A stretch of 64,000 nucleotides of DNA from assembly GCA_964016885.1 (NCBI GenBank), contig OZ024740.1, forward strand, positions 147,746,001 to 147,810,000, read 5' to 3'. Made by a program: the position numbers and the translations under genes. This stretch comes from Eledone cirrhosa. Lineage: Eukaryota. Position 1 is the first letter of the stretch, and each line of letters starts with the position of its first letter. Under the pieces are notes generated by a model. That model was not told the origin of the DNA. It saw nothing but the letters and a program-made list of their open reading frames with translations, and did no database searches. Shown in pieces: positions 1-10,835 of the stretch.

Positions 1-59
1 TGGGAAGTACTATTACTGCTTATTTATCTTGACAGTGCTGCTACTACACAAATACTTTT

Positions 60-1095
60 AGATTGTATCCAAAAGTATGGCATCTGAATGATTTGCAATG
101 ATTCATTCACCAACACACTTCTATGGATCCTTCCTGTGACTTGCAGAAGTTTATATTACTGTCGCTCTTCCCTTTGATTACTCCTGTGCATCTTCTACAT
201 ACAATATCTTCCTTTCCTGTTAGTCTACCCGTTATCCCACTACATCTCTTGTGTACCCAAGATTTACATTGTGTACACCATATGAAGTTTATGCCTACTC
301 TTTTTCTACATATGGAGCAGAGCCACTTCTCTGAAAGAATCAGGGTTTTATCTTCTTTCCTACTCACTAGCACTTTAGTTTTGGCTAAGTTTAGTCTCAG
401 ACCTTTTGATTCCAAATTCTGTTTCTATAGTTGAAACTTATTTTCTAGTTCTTTTATGCATAAAAAAGTTCCCATGAAGAGCTAGTTTTAAACTCCTCTG
501 TTATGGCCTGGAGAACTATGATGAACAACAGTAGGATAATAATTGAACCTTGATGAACTCCTATTCCGTAGTACTTTTTCAGGCATGGAACCAAACTGCA
601 TCTCGTCTAATTTGAATCTTTTCCTAATTAGTTGAGCTATAACTTTTGATGTCATTTTCATAACTTGGTCTGTTAGTTTTATTCCTCTGCAATTGCTCCT
701 TTCTAGAGCATCACCTTTGCCCTTGTAGCAATTTATGATTGTACTGCTGCACCAGCCATTGTGTATGAGTCCGTCCTGTATTATCTGATTGACTATGCAG
801 GTTACTAGTTTGACTTCTACTTCTTCTGATACTTTTAGCATCTCAGCAACTCTTTCTGACCATCCTGCAACTTTACCATTCTTCATCTCTTTTTTTACCC
901 TACAATAGCTGGTCCTTCTGTTGGGTAAGTTGGGTAGTTTTTCTTCCTCCCAATCATTCTCTACATTCATCAATCTCTCATAGTAACATTTACAGGCCTC
1001 TTTCTTTTTGGCATCAATGGTGCTAAGTGCATGAGCATCATTTCTAACACATTTTCCCCCAACCTCATCTCGATTTACCCTCCACACTGCCTTGC
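60..1095 (-). mobile_element. RTE-clade LINE fragment (decayed RT region)
   Basis: ORF pieces CYKGKGDALERSNCRGIKL, QFG, GLRLNLAKTK and the PHD-like CxxC..WVHKRC insert typical of invertebrate RTEs; internal deletions. Confidence 0.85.
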
Positions 1096-1101
1096 AATGC
1101 A

Positions 1102-1588
1102 TTACTGTGGGAAGTGCAATGGATTGACAGAATTGGTTGGACAACGTTTTACAGCATAGAGTTACGTCCCTTTGTGTTTTGAGTTCAAATCCTGCCAAGG
1201 TTAGCTTTGCCTTTCATCCTTACAAGGTTGATAAATTAAAGTACGAGTAACACATTTGTGTCGGTTTAATCGACCCCCCCCCCCTCTTTCTGGTCCTCAT
1301 GTTTCAAGACATTGGCAAACTTTCTTTTTTTCCACCTCTCTCTGAAAAAAATAATTATATTTAATTATGGTTTCTGATTTAGGCACAGAGCCTACCGTTT
1401 TAGGGGGGGGGGGGGGTCGATTAAATCGACACCAATGTGTTACTCGTACTTTATTTTATCAACCTTGTAAGGATGAAAGGCAAAGCTAACCTTGGCAGGA
1501 TTTGAACTCAAAACACAAAGGGACGTAACTCTATGCTGTAAAACGTTGTCCAACCAATTCTGTCAATCCATTGCACTTCCCACAGTAA
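1102..1588. repeat. Inverted pair of near-identical tRNA-derived SINE copies
   Basis: 1102..1285 is the reverse complement of 1403..1588 with only a few mismatches. Confidence 0.85.
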
Positions 1589-1704
1589 ATGTATAATAAC
1601 TGATCTTCTCTATTCTTGTGGACTGTTATTGCTACAAGAAAGATGACAATGGTGTGTTTCTCAGAGCTATACTAAGAATGACATAAACAAGAACATGTAC
1701 TTAC

Positions 1705-1929
1705 AACTGTCGGCAGGTTGGGAATGGAAAGACTGACTCTGATGAAGACTGCCGTAGTGAAGTTCTTCCTCTTTCAATTCATTTAGTTCCTCAAGTAGTG
1801 ATGCTAGGCTTGACCTACTACTATTCATAGATGTACATAGTGACAATGAACTGGGAATATAATTAGTATCACTACTTTCTGATGAAGTACTATGGGAACT
1901 TGCTTCATCATCACTCTCATAACCAGCTT
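1705..1929 (-). CDS. GEX1/Brambleberry-like gene, exon 3 (Ser/acidic tail)
   Basis: ttttcag acceptor ending at 1930, phase 1 matching exon 2. Reads AGYESDDEASSHSTSSESSD..; GTAAGT donor at 1704, so the gene probably continues beyond the window. Confidence 0.7.
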
Positions 1930-1984
1930 CTGAAAATTGAAAAATTGGCAAAATGTTAAATAGCCAGAATTTGTTATTAATATA

Positions 1985-2170
1985 ATTGTTTCTATTTTTG
2001 GCACAAGGCCAGTAATTATCCCAGTACATTACTGGTACTTTATTTTATCACCCTGTAAGGATGAAAGGCAAAGTTAACCTCATCAGGATTTGAACTCAGA
2101 ACGTAAAGGGACGTAACTCTTTGCTGCAAAGCATGGCGTCCGACTCTCTACCGATACTGCCAATCCACCA
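1985..2170 (-). mobile_element. tRNA-derived SINE (Nin/Deu-like core)
   Basis: Family consensus ggtggattggcagtatcggtag..gagttcaaatccc (A/B boxes)..ctttgcctttcatcctt..ggccttgtgcc..agaaacaatt. Confidence 0.85.
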
Positions 2171-3059
2171 ATTTAATGATGCTTGTACACATGTGACAGT
2201 GATAAAGAAAGAGTAAAAAAAGAAAGTTTTAATGGGAGGGGAAGTGAGAGAGAGAAAGTTGTAATTCTGTTATGTAGAAGGCAGTTGGAGAAGAGGCAAA
2301 AAGACACGACCTAGTGTCTGATGTCAAAAAATTACAACACATAAAAATAGATAGACTGGTGTGCACAGACAGATATCAATGCACCCACAATAGAAATCAT
2401 GAATAGAATAGTAACACCATGACCAAGTAACTGATAAAAATATTGCAACACATAGGAATAGATACATTGGAGTGTATAGACATTCATAGCTACAAGTGTA
2501 GAGATGAGAATGCTTGTATACACATTCACATATAATAGATAGGTAAGGACATATAAAGACTGGTGGAGAGTTGCACAGAAACTTGCAGGAGTAGCATTAT
2601 ATAAAGACACATACACATGGTCACACATATACAACACAGAAAGACAGAGAAGAGAAAAAAAAGATTGAAGTAACCAAACAAAATCAAAATGAGGAAGAAA
2701 CAAGAGGACCAAAATGTGTGATGAAAGAACTTTGACAATTAAAAAACTATTTGGTTAGTAAACCAACTGTCGAATGGATTAGTAACCTGATAATAAAAAC
2801 TAAAGTGAGCTCAACTGGTGTGTGTTTTTATTGGCAGCATGACCCTCACAAAGTAAAATATAATCATCATTTAACATCTGTTTTCTCTGCTAGCAAGAAT
2901 TGGACATCTCATCACAGACCAGTCAGTATTCAAGCAGGGCCTCTGACCTCTAGGTGGGTCCGGGGTATGACATACAATCCCATGTTATATCGAATGCATT
3001 TTATCATGGCACCAACAATAGGGGAAGTTGTAATGACTTTCACATAGCTGAAAAGTCTT

Positions 3060-3545
3060 CCTGGACAAATTTTCTGTGGGTAGATGGCCTTCCTATCACC
3101 AACCACTTTACAGAGTGTACTTGGTGTATTATCATGTAAATCACCAACACAAAGGAGGTTGTAAAGTCTATGGTACAACCAAAGAAACCTCATAACCCCT
3201 TGTTTGGCAAGGTTTCTATGGCTTGATGCCCTTCCTATCACCAACCACTATGCAGAGGGTACTAGTTGCATTTATCATGTAAATTACTAACACTAGGAAG
3301 CTTATGTCTCTGATATAACTGAAGAGTTCTCCCAACTATTTGGCAAATTTTGTATGGTTGGATGTTCTCCTTAACACCAACCACTTTACAGAGTGTACAG
3401 TGTGCATGTATCATGTAGATTACCTACATTAGACAGGTTGTTGTGGCCCTGACACAACAAAAGAGTCCCCTCAACTCTTTTGGTACGTTTTCTGCAGTGG
3501 GGTACCCTGCCTATCTCCAGCCACATTACAGGGTATACTAGAATA
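3060..3545 (+). repeat. Degenerate ~140-bp tandem repeat (4 units)
   Basis: The gatg(c)ccttcctatcaccaaccactttacagag motif recurs at about 3082, 3225, 3361 and 3502. Confidence 0.7.
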
Positions 3546-4040
3546 TGAAGACAATGTGATTAAGAATTGTTAAAAGCCATAGTCACTTACACTGATAATA
3601 ATAAGTATGATTAATTACACAATAACTATTCATTATTTTTTTAAAACTCCCAACCTTAATCAATTCAAAATAGTTGATGCTTCCAAACTGCAAATATCAT
3701 GTTCATATTCTAGCATTCAATCAACTACCCAGAACTGGTCCAACCAGTTGTTGGGGTGCCACTCTAGATGTTTGACTGTGTGTCCATCATGGTATTTTAG
3801 TGGGCTTTAAAATATTTGACAGTGCCTATCGCATTTCCAAGCATTAACAAATCCCCAAACAACTTTATTTTTACACTAAAATTTTAACTATAGTAGAGAA
3901 GGTTTGAAGATGATTTAACAGGCATTATTGACCATAATGTGGTACAAGCAAATCCTAAGAGTCAGTCTTTGAACATATAATTTGACAGTGCTAATAATAT
4001 ATTTTTTTAATCCCCTCAATAACAAAAGTAAGGTATTTAC

Positions 4041-4203
4041 TTGAATGTTTTATTAAAGTTGCAAGTTCAGATTTGATCTCATTCAATGTGTTATTGTTCT
4101 CTGCATTTACATCTGTATAACACCAAATTGAATGCAGGAGAATGCACAATCCAACAAGACTGTAAACTTTGCGGTAGATCCATTGCAATTCATAGATTTC
4201 ACT
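4041..4203 (-). CDS. GEX1/Brambleberry-like gene, exon 2 (third TM helix)
   Basis: Polypyrimidine tract plus CAG acceptor ending at 4204, phase 0 matching exon 1. Reads SEIYELQWIYRKVYSLVGLCILLHSIWCYTD..; GTAAAT donor at 4040 (phase 1). Confidence 0.75.
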
Positions 4204-4547
4204 CTGGGAAATAAAACAAAGAAAAAATTGAGTGTGGAAGTAATAAAATTGACAAAGTTTTAAATAATTTTAAATCAAGAACCTATAAGGTCTATCAATG
4301 CAATGATAGCTTTTAAGAGCTAGTGCTTAGTACAAGTTTCATTGTATAAATTTCCTCCTGAATGGTATGTTAGTTTACTGTGGTGAACATTTCCAAATTA
4401 TCTGGTACCTATCTACCAGCTAAGTTAACTGAACTAACATGACAAAAATGTACTGCCCCAAAAGGCATTGAAATATCTTCAATGGTTCAAAATATTGGTT
4501 TCTAATTTTGTTACTCTCTAAAATGCTCAGTTAGTGTATAATTGAAA

Positions 4548-4731
4548 TAATTGTTTCTACTTATGGCACAAGGCCAGCAATTACCCCAGTGCATTACTGG
4601 TACTTTATTTTATCGACCCCGTAAGGATGAAAGGCAAAGTTAACCTCGGCAGGATTTGGACTCAGACTGTAAAGGGACATAACTATGCTGGAAAGCATGG
4701 CGTCCGACCCTCTACTGATACTGCCAATCCA
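4548..4731 (-). mobile_element. tRNA-derived SINE
   Basis: Same consensus as 1985..2170. Confidence 0.85.
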
Positions 4732-5134
4732 AATTGAAATAATGGCCTAAGAGCAAGCAATCCAGTATCGTATTCAATTAGCAACTCTACTTCAACTTGG
4801 CTTTGGTAAATTTAAGTATATGAAACACAAATATCTCCCTATACAGGATGCTTGTCTATTGCCATTAAGTTTCCTGCTACTTATCTCTATATGATCACTT
4901 GTCCTGCTAGAAATAGCAGCCAAATCTACCCTAAGCAATTCTTTAAAAAGGATACATGACATTGGATAATTTAGTCAGGGATACATTTCTAAAGCAAAAA
5001 GATGGGATTGTCATGGCTTGAATGCCCTTACACATAGGTTTGCTTGATCAGGGCTGATGTGGTAGGTTTAATTCAAGTAATGTAGAACCCACATAGTCAA
5101 ATCAGGGAATACAGGATAAAGTCATACCTAATTA

Positions 5135-6598
5135 CTGGTGCATCAGTACAATCATAAATTGCTACAAGGGCAAAGGTGATGCTTTAGAAAGAAGCAACTA
5201 CAGAGGAATAAAATGAATGGACCAAGTTATGAAAATGATAGAAAAAGTTATAGCACAATTAATTAAGGAAAAATTCAAATTAGACGATTTGCAGTTTGGT
5301 TTCAAGTCTGGTAAAAGTACTACGAGTGCCCTCTTCTTAGTGAGGCAACTACAAGAGAAGTTCCTAGCCAAGAATAAGCCATTATATTTAGCTTTTGTTG
5401 ATCTAGAAAAGGCCTTTGACAGAGTACCTCAATCTATTATCTGGTGGTCCTTGAGGAAATTGGGCGTAGAAAAATGGCTTGTGAGAGCCATGTAAGCCAT
5501 GTACAGAGGAGTTGTCTGTAAAATGAGAGTAGAAAGTGAGTTTAATGTGGAATTTATGATGCAGGTAGGAATTCATAAAGGTTCAGTTCATCATAGTTCT
5601 CCAGGCCATAACAGAGGAATTTAAAACTGGCTGTTCATGGGAATTTCTCTATACAGATGGTTTGGTTCTTAAAGTTGAATCAATAAAAGAACTAGAAAAT
5701 AAGTTCTGACTATGAAAACAGAATTTGGAATCAAAAGGTCTGAGACTAAACTTAGCCAAAACTAAAGTGCTAGTGAGTAGGAAAGAAGATAAGACCCTGA
5801 TTCTTTCAGAGAAGTGGCTCTGCTCCATATGTAGAAAAAGAGTAGGCATAAACTTCATATGGTGTACACAATGTAAATCTTGGGTACACAAGAGATGTAG
5901 TGGGATAACGGGTAGACTAACAGGAAAGGAAGATAGTGTAAGTAGAAGATGCACAGGAGAAATCAAAGAGAAGAGTAGCAGTGATATAAACCTCTTCAAG
6001 TCAGAGGAAGGGTCTATATAAGTGGTTGACAGCTTCTGCTATCTCAATGACTTAATAAGCAGTGAATGAGCTGCTCTGAGAGCATAAATAGTTAGAATAA
6101 GGATAGGATGGGAGAAGTTTAGAGAGCTACTCCCATTATTGACAACAAAAGGACAACTGTGTGATGCCTATGCTGCATAGTGATGAAACATGGGCAATGA
6201 CTGCAAAAGATATGCTTAGAGTGGAAAGAAATGAAGCAGCCATACTTTGTTGGATGTGCAATATAAATGTGAGGGAAAAGCAGAGCTTGGATGAACTGAA
6301 GGAGAAACTGGGTTTAAGAGGAATCGGGCGTGGTGAGCAGGAGAGAAAACTGCGTTGGTATGGACATGTGCTGTGTATGGATGATGATTGATGGTTGAAG
6401 AAGGGCCAGGAAATGCCAGTGGATGGAAGCCGCAGTAGAGGTAGACTGAGAAAGACCTGGTGGTGAGAGCTGATCTCAAATCGCTGTGATTCAAAGAGGA
6501 GATGATGAAGAAATGAGGCAAGTGGAGAGATGCTGTACTGAAAAGGACCCGTCCAACCTATGCAATCGTGGAAAAAAGGAGATGATGATGATGAAGAA
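5135..6598 (+). mobile_element. RTE-clade LINE 3' part (decayed RT) with (GAT)n tail
   Basis: QFGFKSGKST, LAFVDLEKAFDRVP, LRWYGHV; several stops; same family as 60..1095 in opposite orientation. Confidence 0.9.
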
Positions 6599-7370
6599 TT
6601 AAATATACTCAGAAATACAATGAAACCCTCAGTGTGTATGAGCAAGCTACTAGGTAAAGTAAAAGCATTGCCTTCAATGTCCTAAGTTAGTGTTATGTGA
6701 TTTGTAGCAGCATTCTAGACAATGGGGTTTAAGGATTTATGATTTATACTAACATCCATCGGTAGGAAGTGGGGTAACAAACTTCTTTTAGGATTAGTGG
6801 GATATAGCTCTGAATTTGGGGTAGTGAAGTTATGCATCAGATGTGTGCTGTACATTTTGATTGGTGCAGTTGAAAAATGGCCAAGACTATGATCAATTGA
6901 GAAAGACCAACAAGGAAAACCAAACAGCTAATTTTGATATTTTTATTTGTAGCATGGTATAACAACACTATGTGCGAAATATAACAACTAAAATACGTAA
7001 AATATTTGACATAAAAAGAGTATTTATTTCAATAACAGGTTGCTAGATGTAATGTTCACCGATAAAATCATTTTGTTGTGACATGTGGTATTTGAGAGTG
7101 AATGTGTGAATGCGGAGATGTTGGTCGAGATAAGAGGTTGCTGAAAATGAGGCAAGATTTTAACAGGGCTAAAATACCCGTATGTTTCGTGATAGCTATT
7201 TTCGGTTATGATGTTATAGCTATTTTCGTCTGCTTTTCAATATCTGCAGATTTTCCCAAGTTAATTTCGTTATATATATATATGCAGAGGTTATATTTAA
7301 TTTGTTGGGATTCAACAAGTTTAAACATTTTTATAACTGATATAAAGCACTCACAGTTTAGTGGAGTAAA

Positions 7371-7747
7371 TATACAATATATTAACAAATGGAAACTATA
7401 TTCATAAAACCATATTTATTTTATTATACATATTTCAAGGGCCACCAAGGCAAATTATGGTGCGCTTTCATCAGATAAAATACAATACAGATTAGTTTTA
7501 TAAATAAATATTGACATACCCTGAAAAAAAGACAACCTTAACGGTTGGAGCTTCCTGGAAGCTCCAACCGTTAAGGTTGTCCTTTTTTTCAGATTATGTC
7601 AATATTTATTTATAAAACTAATCTGTATTGTATTTTATCTGATGAAAGCGCACCATAATTTGCCTTGGTGGCCCTTGAAATATGTATAATATAATAAAAT
7701 AAATATGGTTTTATAAATATAGTTTCCATTTGTTAATATATTGTATA
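7371..7747. repeat. ~375-bp near-perfect palindrome (fold-back element) between (TA)n tracts
   Basis: Arms 7371-7555 and 7557-7747 are centred on gagcttcc-t-ggaagctc. Confidence 0.9.
7417..7482 (-). ncRNA. Type I hammerhead ribozyme (intronic, sense to host gene)
   Basis: Minus strand reads tattttat-CTGATGA-aag(c)gcacca..tggtggccctt-GAAA-tatgta-TA-ataaaata, with an 8-bp stem I and an AUA cleavage triplet. The mirror copy at 7631..7701 (+) has a 5-nt duplication that disrupts stem I. Confidence 0.65.
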
Positions 7748-8035
7748 TATGTATATATATATATATATATAAAGGGTTCCAAATGACCATGGATTTTGCA
7801 CCTAGAAAGTTCCCCTCACAGGTACAAGCCCTGGCAAAGTGTTTTTGTAGAAGACCAGCAGTCGCCCGGCATACCAGTCTCCACTCTTCAGATGTTATCC
7901 AAAGGGAAGGAAGAGGTTGACTCAGCTTAGCACCAGTAACGCCGGAGAGAGTGGGGATAGTAAGGGAATAAAAAGATTAACAGAATAATAAAGTGAATTG
8001 TTATAAGAAAATATTTTGTAATTTGTTAAACTTAC

Positions 8036-8962
8036 GAAACTGATTTCCTCCACAACACCATCGGAGTTGGGTGAAGTTTTGTAATAAATCATCAACTTTT
8101 CCGTGATAAAATTAAGAATTAATACGACAAAAAGAGACAAGCGAGCTTTAGCAGTTCTTGGTGTGGATGTTGACAAAACACAGAATAAAGATAAAACCAA
8201 GTAGAAGACTAACGAATAAATATCAGATATTACTTCAATAAATATATTGTTTAGTTTGGCAATTCGTTTAAAGATGTCTTTAGTGGAAATAGTTTGTTCT
8301 AGTGTTATACGTTGGAATTCCAACATTGCCTCTGTTATATTGGAAGAAGTAGAAAATATCGTCCCATTTAAATTGATAGCTTGGTCTAATATTTCTTTTT
8401 GGTTGACAATTGTTTCGTTTTGTTTCTTGACCATATCATTCTGGAGTCTATATGATTGTTCTAACTGGGTAGCGATCTCTTCGGATGCATGGGATAGTTT
8501 TTCGATTGTTCTTTCGGTTTGTTGGTTCCAATGTTTAATTTCCAGGAAATAGCAAATGTTTTGTGTATGAATGAAAAACGTAGCCAGGCTCGCCCTGTCG
8601 CCTTCGGTCATGTTCTGAGTACACATCTCGATTGATTGTTCAGGCATACATGGGTAATACATACGTTTTTGCCCTTCCAGAAAACAATTCAAATACAAAA
8701 GAGACAGACGTGTCTGGATCTTATCAGTAACTTTCTTGCAGCCGGTAATAATAGAATTAATAGTCTTAGTCCAACACATACCATAATCTGGTAGAGTCCT
8801 TCGTTGATTCATAAGATTATAATTCTGTTCACCTTCTTTGAAACGGACTATATCGACATTACCATAAGTAGTAGAAGAGTGACCCATTACAAGCCAGCTA
8901 AATATTAAATATAAACTATACATGATTTTTAAATTCCATATTAATGCGATAAATGAAAACAT
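8036..8962 (-). CDS. GEX1/Brambleberry/KAR5-family nuclear envelope fusion protein, coding exon 1
   Basis: ORF 7922..9001 contains a signal-peptide-like N-terminus (ATG 8962 or 8923), the Cys-rich domain CWTKT..GCKK..RLSLLYLNCFL..YPC..IEMC..IC, a coiled-coil region and two hydrophobic helices. GTAAGT donor at 8035 (phase 0). Confidence 0.8.
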
Positions 8963-9641
8963 TGCACTCTTCAAATCAGAATCGATACTTCCGGTGCGCA
9001 AATTAAATTAGCAAGCTACATAATTTAAAATGCTGTTATTCATAACTTTTAGTTGTTGCCGTCCTCATTTATAATTCAAACGTATTATTCAAATATATTT
9101 GCTGGTTAAAAAAAAATTTGAAAATATATATATATATGGTTAAAGGGAGAGAAAATTGTACGAAACTCCGAAAAGGTCATCATGTTTATGTCAAGATGGA
9201 AAAACGGTGTAATGGAAGACAAATTGTTTGCTGTACCAGTTACGTCCCTTTACCTTCTACATTCATATCTCGCCGATGCTAACTGATTTCTTTTTTCTTT
9301 TTTGCAGGGAAATATATTTCCATTTTTTGATTCAATAAAACATAATTACAGTTTTGTGTCCCTTCCTCCAACTTTGTTTCGTTTTAACATTGTTTAATTG
9401 TGCATATATTTTAAATGAAAGTTTGCGAAGATACATTTTCTAGCATAACAACGAATTTATCGCATGACTTTCTTAATACATTTTTTAATGTAATTTGGTA
9501 GAGTTACGTTTTCCCTGAAGTAGAATAAGATTAACTTGCTGCAAATAATACCAATGAAGATAATGCCTTTTTTTTTTTTTTTTTCTACATGAACGTAATA
9601 TTTCTGCAACCATGAACTGCAAAGAAATAAAATGCAATAAT

Positions 9642-9863
9642 AATTGTTTCTACTTTTGGCACAAGGCCAGCAATTACCGGTGCTTTATTTTAATGACCCC
9701 GTAAGGATGAAAAGCAAAGTTAACCAGTGCATTACCGGTGCTTTATTTTATTGACCCCGTAAGGATGAAATACAAAGTTAACATCGGTGGGATTTGAACT
9801 CAGAATTAAAGGGCCATAACTCTATACTGCAAAGCATGGTGTCTGACGCTCTACCGATACTGC
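9642..9863 (-). mobile_element. tRNA-derived SINE with internal duplication
   Basis: Family consensus; the attaccggtgctttatttt..gtaaggatgaaa..aagttaac segment is duplicated. Confidence 0.8.
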
Positions 9864-9884
9864 ATGCAATAATAATAATTATTA

Positions 9885-10790
9885 TTATTTCTGTTTGGCA
9901 ACAAGGGCCGGCATATAGGGAACAATACAAAGACAGAGACAGTGGGGATTTATAGTAAAATCGAGGAATATACACAATAACAAAAACAATTAACAATAAA
10001 AATAAATTCCCCAACGTGAGTGAGGAGGGGTGGTGAACAATCCAGGGGCGACTCAGGTACCCCACCAATCCTGAACCACCCGACGCTTCGAGGGCACTCG
10101 GGCAGGGCACCCCTCTCCATCTCAATTAATCAGCCTACAGACGCATGTTCACAGTAAGCCCATTCATACGGGCCAGTCTCGTTACATTCACCCACCTTTT
10201 AGCAAATGTACTGGAGGGCAACCCTTCTCTCCCCACCCTTACCTTCATTTCCAAGTAGAGTTTACCTCGACCCGGTTGTTCCCCCCCCCCTCCCTACTTC
10301 CCGATGGCACTGCCAAGCGAGGGATTTCTGGAAGTTATTCATAGACCCCGGCTCGAAATTCCTCTCTAACAGACTGGTTAGTTTGACTTCGTCGAGGCCC
10401 AGGGTCTCTCCGAGTGCGTTGTCGCACCTGCCCACCACTAATCCTCTATAGGAGTCGAGAGTAGAAGTTCTACTGACCGCATTGCCCGCCTGGTAGAAGG
10501 CATTGAGCACCTGGCAATATCCCAGATGCCAGACGCCCGGTCTCGGCCTCTTTTTGACACAGAAATGCAGCTTAGTCAAATAGGCGAGATGCGGAAAGGC
10601 CTGATTCACAAATAACGACCACACATGTTCATCGTTTGGACAGAATATCTTGAGATGCCGCAGCATCAGCGCATGTTTACTCATCATTAGCCACGACATG
10701 CTCAGTTATCCGTGTAGAGGGTGCTGGCAGCAGATGGACCAACTCATCAACGGAAACTGTCCCCTCCACTAGAAGTTGAAGGGAAGCTGT
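9885..10790 (-). mobile_element. L1/Tx1-like LINE 3' fragment
   Basis: ORF2 C-terminal motifs (PGSMNNFQKSLAWQC) and 3' UTR matching the other Tx1 copies. Confidence 0.8.
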
Positions 10791-10835
10791 TCGCATTAGG
10801 TAGTAATGATGATGATGATGATGATGATGATAATA

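Noticed and set aside
58-83. Terminal exon of the Brambleberry-like gene after cattcag
   Set aside because: The sequence resembles the RTE LINE (cf. 6237-6260) and lacks a polypyrimidine tract.
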